Under the pieces are notes generated by a model that worked only from the letters and a program-made list of their open reading frames with translations, had not been told where the DNA came from and searched no databases. DNA of 45,504 nucleotides, filler included, from Catajapyx aquilonaris (taxonomy: Eukaryota): assembly GCA_000934665.2 (NCBI GenBank). It is 2 parts of 2 records of this genome, joined end to end, with 100 filler letters (N's around TTAATTAATTAA, not from the genome) between each part and the next. Parts side by side here need not be neighbours in the genome. Positions count along the whole stretch, not along the records: positions 22,798 to 45,504 come from JYFJ02005830.1; 1 more part is not named here. The stretch is one strand, 5' to 3'. The position numbers and the translations under genes were made by a program. Below are positions 35,365 through 45,504 of this stretch, piece after piece (position 1 is the first letter of the stretch; each line of letters opens with the position of its first letter).

Positions 35365-36691
35365 ATGGTGTCACTCAATAAGAAGAAAATGACGCGCGCG
35401 AAGAGAGAGCTCCTGAAACAGGAGGAGGGTACGGAGACACACGTTTTAGTCGGCATGCAGAAGGACATTATGATGATGTCCCAACAGGCTGCCATCTACT
35501 CCTCTGAAGTAAAGAAAAACATGGTCGAGAACGAGTGGTTGCATGAACAGCTCAAACAGATGCGCCACGACAATCAGATGTAAGTTTCACAAAGCCACGT
35601 TCAGGTTTTCAAAGGTAAATGTCCTCGAATCCTTCCAGCTACCTGCAGTTTTCCCGAAAACGTCTCGAGGGCATGTTGCTTGAGCTAGCTGAGCTGAGTA
35701 GAAGGGTGAAGGAAAAGGACGAGAAGGAGGAGAAAGCAATTAAGTCGATTCTGGCGAAGGTGCAAGAAAAGAAGTGGAAGATGCACTTCGAGTTGACCGA
35801 AGCGAGAAAATATGCAGACAAAGTGGCTTCAGACTTGGAGTATTCCAAGTAGGGAACTGGTCACTCTTTGCTGTATGAATAATTTCTGATCTTCAACTAC
35901 TATCACTCTTTGCAGGATGATGATAATTGAGGATTACAATGCCGTTAAGATATTGCAAGTTGAACTGGAGGAATGCAAGGAAAATAATGAGCAGGCATAT
36001 CGTGGACTGAAGAACGAGTTCGTAGGGTGTGTTTTGTGTTGGATTTTTCTGTTGCTAACTGATTCCGCATTAACCATAAGTCCGGCATCCTCAAACAATA
36101 TCGCAGCATGTTGATTTCCTTTGTACTACATTTATGTTTGCAAGATTTTAAGTTGGTATTTTGATTAACCTAGCAATAGCATTCAGTTTCTCTCTGAAAG
36201 TAATCATTGTCAAAGTTTGCAAAAATGGTTCATATCTGCTCCTGTTAACCCCCTACTTTGCTGACAGCCGGCATTATGATGTAAACATCATTCTGCAGCG
36301 AGAACTCCAACTAGTCACCGACAACATTGAAAAGCACTTGAGGCGCCAGCTGATAAAAGGCCTAGGGAGGGTCCATGATGCCAACATGCAGGCGCAGGAT
36401 AACCTGAGGACCACTCTACAGAGGAAGGCGGTCCTGGAGGCCAAAAGGAACAAGCTGGCTCAGGCAAAGGAGGCCTTACAGAAGGATCTGGATTACTGGG
36501 TGGACATGAACTCCAAGAGGAAGGTCTTGCGCAATCACAAGACTGCCAGACCACACAGTGTCTCTGTTCAACAGGTTCCCAGAGAGGAGGCGACGCCCAC
36601 GACTTCGGACATGCTCAAGCCTTCCGTATCGCAGGCGAGTCGCGAAAGTGGGATGAACGGCTCCGAGCACTGTCAACAAGCTAGAGACTAA
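35365..36691 (+). CDS. Coiled-coil protein, CCDC166/CCDC121-like (DUF4515-like), 4 exons, about 307 aa
   Basis: Exons 35365-35579, 35639-35848, 35916-36021, 36299-36691. All introns are GT-AG with compatible phases, total 924 nt. An alternative third intron, 36018-36267, is also in phase. Heptad-rich; ENEWLHEQLKQMRHDNQIYLQF and the C-terminal ...KLAQAKEALQKDLDYWVDM resemble the DUF4515 family pattern (family call from memory). Confidence 0.75.
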
Positions 36692-38744
36692 ACAGATTTC
36701 AACGCTCAGTTTAGATGGTTTATCTGGAAAAAATTGACAATTTAATTTTCAATACGTATAAGCTGAATTGTTAGAATAATGTTGTGTATTTCATTATTAT
36801 CCGTACTTGTTGCTTACGGATAACGTCCTTATCTGCTCTCCTTTCTTGGTATACCTGGCACTATGTTCCTTCTGGAGCCTTTTCTGGACACTTTAATAAA
36901 ACTCATGCTAACGGAATGAAATTTTGGTAATGTCGCTTCTATGATGCCATATATGCTTGATAGCTGCTAAGGTATGTAAAAGTTGTTGTACTGGTTTTCA
37001 GCATAGTTTTTTAAAAGGACTTTTGTCGTCTAGTCCTTATTTATGACAGCCGCTCGGCTGCCTAGCAGACTAATTGGTTCCTCATTAGTCCAGTACTTCT
37101 GTCAAGTTGTAAGGTATCAGCCAGAACTACACCAGGATGGCTTTGGTTTTATGATGTTCAATATGATGCTGACATTAGGAAAATCTCTGTAGTTCATTCA
37201 CCATTTTAGCATTTAACTTGTAAGCAGTTATGGATAAGTTGCCTGGTGAACTCGACATGTGCATTTTCTGTAGTACAATATTCATAATTTATCATTCAGA
37301 ATTCGTATTCCGAATGCCTTCACACAACGTTATCGTCAGCCTTCATGTAAGAAGTATGTCATGCCATTTCTATTGTGTTTTAAGAAGAGATTGTCAGTAG
37401 CCTGACAGAGTAATGCAACATTCTGGTTCAAGTTAATGCCAATTTTTCACTCCATTGTATGATTCTTAAAGAGTGAATCTGCATACTTACAAAGGATGTG
37501 TGTAAAAGAAGCCACCATTTCTTGTCGTTTTATTCGTGTTTGCAGTTTGTACTTACTGTTTTAATGATTGGTAATTACCCATCAAACCTTATTGATATCA
37601 GCAAAGTGTAAATCGATTGCATTCAAAATGAAAATGATTCTGGGACATTCATTCTGTGCTATAGTGTTTGGTGTTGTGTACAGTACGCATTGAACTGTTT
37701 CACAGGAACAGAAAGTTCTGCACAGCAGCCTCCTTTTTATTGATATAAAGTACTTCTACTCTTCGTTGTTCGTTGTTCTTGGTATATTTCTGATGGAAAT
37801 CAGTTCTGCATACAGCGCCACAAGATCTTTGTACAAGCTACACAGTTGTGCCTCTGGGTTATTTGGAAATATTGTATTTGGAGGAAACAAAATAATAGTG
37901 GAACATGTCTATCCCCAAGTCCAGCAGTTCACTTAGTGCGTTGTGTAAATAATGCGGACCAAATTCAGTATAATTATGGTCATCCATTCTAGGCTCACCG
38001 CAGGGGCGGGACCAGGGGCCATTTTTGGTTTATCGCGGCTCACTGAGGTCTTCGAACTTCTACCGGACACAAAATGACAGAGTTGCCAACATGATACTTT
38101 ATATCTCATATGCGTTAAAATATTTCACCCTTTCTGATTAATTAAGGACAAAAATTTCTAGTTGAGTTATATGCTCTTAAAATAATTAAATTAGTCTGGG
38201 ATGGTTAAATAAAGTGCAGCGTTGCCTCATGGCGTAAGAAGTGGCGATTCGAACTTCAAAGCGGGAGTTTAATATTTGAATTATATAAAACCAATGAGGT
38301 AAGGTATATAATTATTTATTTCAAATCACTTTTCTAGAGCATTTGCTGGTGTAAGCAGTGCCTAATATTTCCATGAAAATCTGCATTTTCTTGTCGTGTA
38401 CCGATATGAATTACAGGAGTGTTGTGTACACGCCACATTTGTTTTTCCAACTTATTATCAATCGGGTTACTTCGAGAATCGTTCTCATCTCCTGCTTAAG
38501 GTCCAGTCGCTTCTTTCAACTGAGTCAAGTGGAGAATTTTACAAAATGCCTTCTCATGTTGGAGAAATGCAATGCACTGCAGAATGACAGCATTCTCGGA
38601 ATGTCTATGAACACAACTCAACCAGACTCAACTGCGACGCACAAGTGTAGCCAATACTTCCAAGTAATGTAACAAATTCACTGTTGCATATTGGTCGTCC
38701 AGGTAACTCATTCGAAGCTGGTCCATTGTCCAAAAGTCGCCACC

Positions 38745-41700
38745 ATGAGTGTGACCTCTTCGGTAAGATGTTTCAGGGTCTATGGCACATGTAATGTAGC
38801 CTGATTTTTCTTCAAGGATGACTGGAGGAGTGTTAAGAGACCGGTTTTCGCCAACCGCTTCTCGGGCCTGGTTCATGGACAAAAGGCCTTCTTGCTGTCG
38901 AATGCGGAAGATAAGCCGCCCTGGTTCCTTTGTATCCTACTGGCGATGCAGGTGAGCCTATTGCCTTAGAGGCTGCCCTGTCCCATCCCTCTAGTGTCAA
39001 ACACTGAAGCAATCCACTGGCAGATAAAGATTTCTCGGGAAAGACCAAGACAAACATTAGTATTTTCTCTCCACTTTATTTTATAGCCTGATGGGGGCTC
39101 TAATTGCTTCAGAATCTTGTCACTAAGACAAACTTGCCATTTACGTGAAACTGACTTGAACTCATTGGGGCTACTGCAGCACGTGTTCAGCACCATAGCG
39201 GCCATGAAGCTTTTTGTGGATTTTTCCAACGAGTACTACTTCTGCTCTCCGACGAAGTCAGCAACCTTGCTCTTATCTTCCACCACAATCATGATCTTTG
39301 GAATTGTCACCCTGGCTCAAGCCTTGATTGGGGCCAGGTGATTATATTTATTTCTCTCAATATTTCTCATGGTATACATGCGCACATCTAATTGGATTAT
39401 ATACTGATATATCCGAGCTGTTTCTTGTCGGCTTACACCTTATACCTTACACATTACTCGACAGATTCTACAGTTGACTAAAACTCGCCTTTTTAGGATG
39501 CCTCAAGCTCTGTCAGTGTCGAATACTCAAGCCTATTACACACTGGTTTTTCTGTCAGACGAGCTGCGGAGTGAGGAGAAGTTGACAACTAGCTGCCACA
39601 ACATTCTGCACAACTCAGCTCTCGGAGGGTACGCCTTAGACCGTTTCAACAGACGGATGCTATTGTACCAGGGTGTCGTCGTGATTGAAGGGATTTTTCA
39701 AGTGCTTGTGGGCTTCTTCGGTAAGGAAAATCCTGGCACTTGAGGGGTAAAAACTAAAAAGAGAAGTTGCGGTTACATCCGTAAGCTGTCATTTGCATCG
39801 AGAGAGAGGATTGGGCATTCACTTTTGACCTGCAGCACAATAATTGCACCATACCTAACTTCAGTTCGGATGATGATCGTACACACTTTTTCACTTGGTG
39901 CTGCATTACCTGCTCATTGGGTGTAACTATATTCCTCGCTGCAGGTACCATGGGGTTCGTTGGGAAGCTGACTTCCCCGACAGTGATGGCGGCGCTGCAG
40001 CTGGTGCACTCGGTGTCCGTCATAGGTTGGTACGTCACTCTTATTCGAGTTGACTACAACCTTGTCTTTTGGTAAGTGAAAGTCATTTCGTTTGACTCAA
40101 TATACTGTATTTGAATGACCCCATGATCGATTGTTAATAACTGCAGGAACTGTGAATAACGGGATATGTGCAAGTATAAGAAATAGCGATTTCGTTCTTC
40201 AAGCACCATTCATAGGATTGAAAAATCCCAAGTTGTAAAATATGTTACATATATCGGAGCTGAAGTAATCGACACGCTCGTTTTAATTTCCAGCTCCATT
40301 TTCTTTCTGGCCTTGTTCTCCGTGATTCTGGGGACTTTAAAGGTGCAGGTACCGGTGTTGAATGAAAATACCTGGGTCCGCATGAAACGGGTGCAACTCT
40401 TCAGGCTATATGCAGTGAGTAGCACTCATCATACCAACTAGATTCTCAACAGGATGAAGCATCATGCTCCGCTGCCAAAGAGTTTCTGTGAATCAGAAGA
40501 CATAATATTCAAAGCAATTTTTGCGGGGGGAAAAAATGCACTTACCTTTTGAGAAGGCAGTCAATCACATCCTGTGGCCATTTTTCCAGTACTTCCTGGC
40601 TCTGCTGCCCTGCATCCCGATATACTTTTTCGGCGGGTTCAATACTCTCCCAGACACTGTCACCAGTGAAGGTGTAATGGTAGGCACTGAGAAACTGGGC
40701 ATCGATCAGCCGGTGCCGTACTTCCGGATTCCCATGCCAGGTCAGTTCGGAGCACCGGCGATGATCCCACTTTGGTCGGCATTGCCCGTGGTGCTGCTGA
40801 GCTGGCAGTTAAGCCTGGAGTGCTTGACCAGCTACATCTACCTGGCCAGCACTGTGGGGATGCCCAACCCTCCCCCGGACGCCCTCAACCGGGCGGTGGT
40901 CATCAACGGTCTGGGATATATCCTGTCAGGGCTCTGCGGTGGCTATGGGGGGCCGTGTCCCCACAAGACCATCACCGGATACATCTTCATGACTGGACAC
41001 GGCTCCAGGCGGGTCACCTACTGCCTGGCCCTCATCCTCATCATCATTGGCGTCTACCCGCGCCTCACGAGCTTCCTCCTTGGACTGCCGCTGTCATTGC
41101 TCTTGGGCGGGGAGTTTTTCGTTTGGGCCGTGGTACTAGGTCAAGGCAAGTGTGAATTTCTAGCCCGTACGTTATCCGAATTTCTGACACATGCTGCAAG
41201 CACAAGTAACATTTATTGAATACCGGTAATCAATCAAATAATGGGGTCCTAGCCAACATTTTGCAAACCCGTATCAATAATCGTCCTTTTGGTTTGAAAA
41301 CATACGTATTAGTTTTCGAGTTATGATCGATCTAAGATCATATTAATTATACGGTATCGGCCTGCCCCTTGATGTCACTGTGGCCACCCAGATCGGTGCA
41401 GAGGCAGGAACGCATCCGAACTGCTTTGTTCGTTCGTTTGTATGCTTTGTTGGCGACCTTAACAACGGAATCAAACGAACGCCAGTATAGCAGGTGCATC
41501 GGTCTTCTGACGTCACTGTGGTCAGGCAGGAATGGGAATGCGCCCTATAGGCCACGCCCCCTTCCCCCCGCCAAATTGATGGTGACTTTTAAACCCGAGG
41601 AATATATGGCATTTTGGTGCTGAAAAGTGGCGGAATGTGCTTATGCAGTAGGGGTGGTTGAGCTATTTGTGTACAAATTTTCCAAATCCCAGACCAAGGC

Positions 41701-42746
41701 TAGGGCCCCATTCAATGAGTGGCTTTTCTCATCGAACTTGTCTTTCGACAGGCATGTTCTTCTACCACTTCACCGACATGAGCTCCATACGAAGTAGACA
41801 AATCCTTGGCGTAATTGTAATCGTCTCTTTGGTAAGTGAACTCTTACCTCTAAATCTAGTTGCTACTAGACATTCCTGCTCTGGTCTCCGTAGAAAATTA
41901 TTTATTTCAACAACGAGAAATGTATTTCATGACACATGTATACACATATCGCCCTTCTTTATTGGCTGGTGCATAGACACTCCCCAAAATCCTGGACAAA
42001 GCGGGCGGATTGCCAAAAGTTGGGACTTATGTTGTGGACTTCACACTTGAGTACATGCTGACGCACCCGCTACACCTGAGTTTGTACTTGGCTATCATCC
42101 TGGACCACGTCATACCTGGTTAGTGTGTTAAAAGGGAGGAAGAAGTCCATGCAGTAATCCTTGGAGATTTCATAGAATTGTTCTACTCTGCAGAATTCCT
42201 TAATGTTCACATTAGTTTGTCAGATGTTTGTTTTTATTTGAAGTAATTAACAGACAGGTACACATCCCATTTGCAGGGACGAATGAGGAGAAAGGGATGA
42301 TCCCTTGGAGGAGGAAGATCATTGCTGGGGATTCGATGGAAGAGATTCTGATCCACAACCCTTACGCACTGCCCGTTGGAATGCACTTCATCCTCAGGTT
42401 TGGGGCTGTTATTTCATACTGTGGGTTTGCCCACTGTTACTGTTTCATATGAAACATATGAATAATATTTAGGTGTTAATGTTGATTGGTGATTCCAATA
42501 TAGTGGTAATGATGACTGATCACACATTTATCATTGTTGCCTTAAGCTCCCCTACGTTCCATTTGCAGGCACTTCGCCTGGACGTCCCATTTCCCCATGT
42601 GCCCCGTATACAATGCGGAAACGGCTTGCTACGACACGTTGCGTCTGTTGTGCACCGCCTTGGCCGACTGCACGTGCCACCAGCCTAAGATGCCGGCAAG
42701 GAATTATTATCTGGATGAAGAGCAAGGGCACTCGGTTTACTACTAG
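38745..42746 (+). CDS. SLC23/NCS2 (nucleobase-ascorbate transporter) family protein, highly diverged, 11 coding exons, about 619 aa
   Basis: Exons 38745-38762 (GCCACCATG Kozak), 38817-38951, 39180-39337, 39497-39720, 39945-40071, 40294-40414, 40590-41145, 41752-41831, 41977-42118, 42277-42397, 42569-42746. Total 1860 nt, phases consistent. Family motifs: EDKPPWFLCILLAMQH, PYFRIPMPGQFGAP, PNPPPDALNRAV, GSRRV, LDHVIPGTNEEKG, YALPVGM. An extra upstream exon (acceptor at 38702) cannot be excluded. Confidence 0.9.
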
Positions 42747-43663
42747 ACTACAGGCCCAGGGCATCTCAGTTTAGAGCTTGCTATGCAAAAATTATCACTG
42801 CCATTCGGCAGTTTTATATGTTTGCCCCAGAAGGCAAAGTGTTATTGAGCTGTATATTGGGAAAAAAAACTTACTTTATGTACCAAGACTATGTTGTCCT
42901 GTGGCTTTAAGAATTGGTATCGCAGACTGTATCATCTACAAGGGTGTCGTGTACTTCCTAACCCCTTAGCCACTGTTATCTTCAGTGTCGCTGGCTACTT
43001 CCGCTTCTCCGTTGGCTTGGCATGATGAAGGACGGGCATCGATTTCAGACTGGCCAATGGTAGTGGATAGGTCTTCTGATAGACTGATCTCAACTCCTGC
43101 AATCTCTCGGCCGGAATATTAGAAAATTAGTACTAAAAGAAATAAACCAGTCGAAGTCAGCGGCCATCCTCCTAAATTTCCATGGACGGAAGCAAGAAAA
43201 GGCGGAGCAAACAGTATTAAATCTTAATAATTGTATGAGATCAGTCTAATGCCCACCATCATGGAATGAGATATTTCTCACCTGCTGCGGTTTGAAGCGG
43301 GCCCCTCGTCTTGAATTTCACTTTCAAAAGTTACCCTTGGGGTCATAGCAGTTAGCAATGAGGCATTGCAGACTGATCTGGAATCTTAATGCCAAGAATA
43401 AATATACAGTATTCATAATGAACTGTCCCTGACCAAATTATATTATTCATCAACATGAATTATGCTATCGGTGGGACGATCCCACTCATGATATGGAGAT
43501 GGATTGTCCATGAGGAAGGAACATATGAGCCAAACGTGACCACTGACGTCTCTCTCAAGATAATCACGGTACAAGCAAATATTGTCTGAATGACTCATAT
43601 TATGCCCTCTTTTTAAGGAAGCTAGTTAAAAATAATGATTGTCATTGCGGGATTATATTCATA

Positions 43664-43700
43664 ACTAGCAGCGGTACCCGTTCTTCGCACGGGGAAAAAA
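43664..43700 (+). mobile_element. Helitron/Helentron (HINE-like) terminal motif
   Basis: ACTAGCAGCGGTACCCGTTCTTCGCACGGG with a short hairpin, resembling the ends of non-autonomous arthropod helitrons. Extent unknown. Confidence 0.4.
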
Positions 43701-43864
43701 AGAGCGTGGATAATTACAACGAAATCTTCTCAGATCTTAGGCAATATAAAATGCAAAACTGCTCATTCCATTGCATATGCAGGCACTGGAAGGGTGTAAA
43801 AATTCTGGTTTGTTTTCATAATAAAGAGCCACGTAACTATGGCTAAGTGGTTATCAGAATACAA

Positions 43865-44073
43865 AAAGGTGGGACAGATGGAGAGAAAAACAAAGAGGAA
43901 AAAGAAGAGAGGAAAGACTGGTATCTCTCTTAGTCTGTCTCCTATCCCAAAGACCTGTCCTACTTCGGCGGCCCTACCAGTGGACAAAACTACCGCCGGC
44001 AGAGCTCTTCAGGATCATGGGAAAACGAAAGCCTACCACCACTGCAAGGTGGAGATACATTGGGGGGAGGGGG
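43865..44073 (-). mobile_element. RTE-clade LINE 5'UTR-like fragment (copy 2)
   Basis: Shares aaaggtgggacagatgg, gtctgtctcctaNcccaaagacNtgtcc, agctct..ggNtcatggga and accac..caaggtg with 10520-10694. Confidence 0.55.
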
Positions 44074-44410
44074 AATAAAAAATTCGGATAAAAAAATTGA
44101 GGGAAGTGCAAAATTTGAAACCATTTATAGACCTGTTTCTATGGTAATCACCAACAAAATTCTGGTGCCTTACATTACAAAATGGTAAGGCATACGTAGA
44201 TTATCAAAATATGTTATTAATTAATTAATTTATAGCAGCAAACCCGTGTGTAGTGTCTGGTACATATGTTGAACCTGGTGTCAGTCAACATACACACAGA
44301 AGTGATCGAAAGCGGAGGGATAATTGGACAGTGTTATGCAATAATGCGTACATACAGGATACCCACAAAAATATCAAAATTGAGCCAAGCCCAGGAACAT
44401 AAACCTAAAG

Positions 44411-44613
44411 CAGAGTTTCTTAACCTTTTAGGGGCTCCCTTTGTAGACAATATATTGGTCCTTGTCGCACCCCCTTTACCAGGGGTGATTGATTACGTTC
44501 ATAGTTAGACCCGTTTATATTAACTCTTGTTTAGATGTGCACCTTGCTCGCACCCCCAGGGAAGCCACCTCGCACCCCCTGGAGGTGCGGGCACCCCAGG
44601 CTAAGAACCGCTG
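44411..44613. mobile_element. hAT/Charlie-type MITE with 8-bp TSD
   Basis: CAGAGTTTCTTAACC ... GGCTAAGAACCGCTG, flanked by ACCTAAAG (44403-44410) and ACCTAAAT (44614-44621). Confidence 0.8.
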
Positions 44614-44799
44614 ACCTAAATGATCCTACTTAATTCAGTTAAAATCGTGCACGTGAAATCTGCATACTTCTGCCATAAATGACCGGAAAGAACACTGAAT
44701 TAATTTCACTGTTATGACCTTTGAAGCCATTTTTCTCAAAACTGTTCTCATGTGGGTTGATGCATTATTGCATAACACCGTCCAATTATCAAAATAATA

Positions 44800-45030
44800 C
44801 AGTAGGTACCCGTTTTACACCCCTCCATTTTACGCCGTTCTACATTAACGCAGGTTTGAATATGACATCATAAAATTTTGAAATTGAAAAATTGTTATAA
44901 CGTGGAAATTATGATAGCCTGCTGGTTGTGAAGCGGCCAAGAAAGATTTCCCATGCGAGAAGTACCCGTTTTATGCCGCTCCATTTTACGCCGTTTCGCA
45001 TTAACCCCGGTTTTAAAATTACATTCGAAA
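44800..45030 (+). mobile_element. pogo/Tigger-like left end with a repeated subterminal motif
   Basis: TA|CAGTAGGTACCCGTTTTAC..., with the gtacccgtttta...ctccattttacgccgtt unit repeated at about 44962. Confidence 0.55.
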
Positions 45031-45504
45031 ATTTTGTATCAGATTTTTTTTTTTGAAATATTTGATGATAACACAATCTGAACATGAAGGCATCACTCCA
45101 ACAGACCAACACTTCTGAGACCAAACACACGAACGTATACCTGCTCTTCTTTCCTCTGTGTTTCCTGGTGCCTTGTGGCAGGTTCTATCGATATATGAAC
45201 TGTACTGTACATTACCGTATTGTTCGGTATTGTTGATCTCGGCACTCCCCTAAGTACTCCAACCGTTCATTGTTACAATACCCTACTCGTATACTGCAAT
45301 TATATTATTCTTGCCAACCTGCCCGTTGTTCTATTGTTTTCATTGTTGAATATGCAATGTTGATTATTGTAGAACATGAGTGCGAGAGGCAGATCCATCA
45401 TTTGGACCATGGAGGAAGGAATACTGTGGAGGTGGGGCCCCCTATCCCACCCATTATGGAAAATTGTACCCCTTGATCTGGAACTTGGAGGAAGGAACGG
45501 TCCA

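Overview
Eukaryotic, TE-rich genomic DNA, very probably arthropod (ZAD domain, short introns, arthropod-type SINEs and MITEs). It is not prokaryotic and I found no CRISPR array, rRNA or true tRNA gene. Four apparently intact genes can be reconstructed with splice sites. (1) A two-exon SENP1/Ulp1-type SUMO protease fused to an N-terminal ZAD domain plus one C2H2 finger (7076-8997). (2) A strongly diverged Elongin C paralog with an intronless CDS (19991-20338). (3) A four-exon CCDC166/DUF4515-like coiled-coil gene (35365-36691). (4) An 11-exon, highly diverged SLC23/NCS2 transporter with a degenerate NAT motif and a GC-AG intron (38745-42746). Disrupted genes are a BC-box/LRR substrate-receptor-like gene oriented head-to-head with the Elongin C paralog, and the last two exons of a carboxylesterase. 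The rest is nested DNA transposons: three 1-2 kb foldback elements, many MITEs (several with TSDs), transposase remnants, tRNA-derived SINEs and RTE 5' fragments. There are also two old segmental duplications and an artificial 100-bp N/stop-codon linker at 22698-22797. Best candidates for novelty are the ZAD-ZnF-SUMO protease chimera and a possible 'private' Elongin C + BC-box-LRR ubiquitin-ligase module. All family assignments come from motif recognition by eye; no searches were run.
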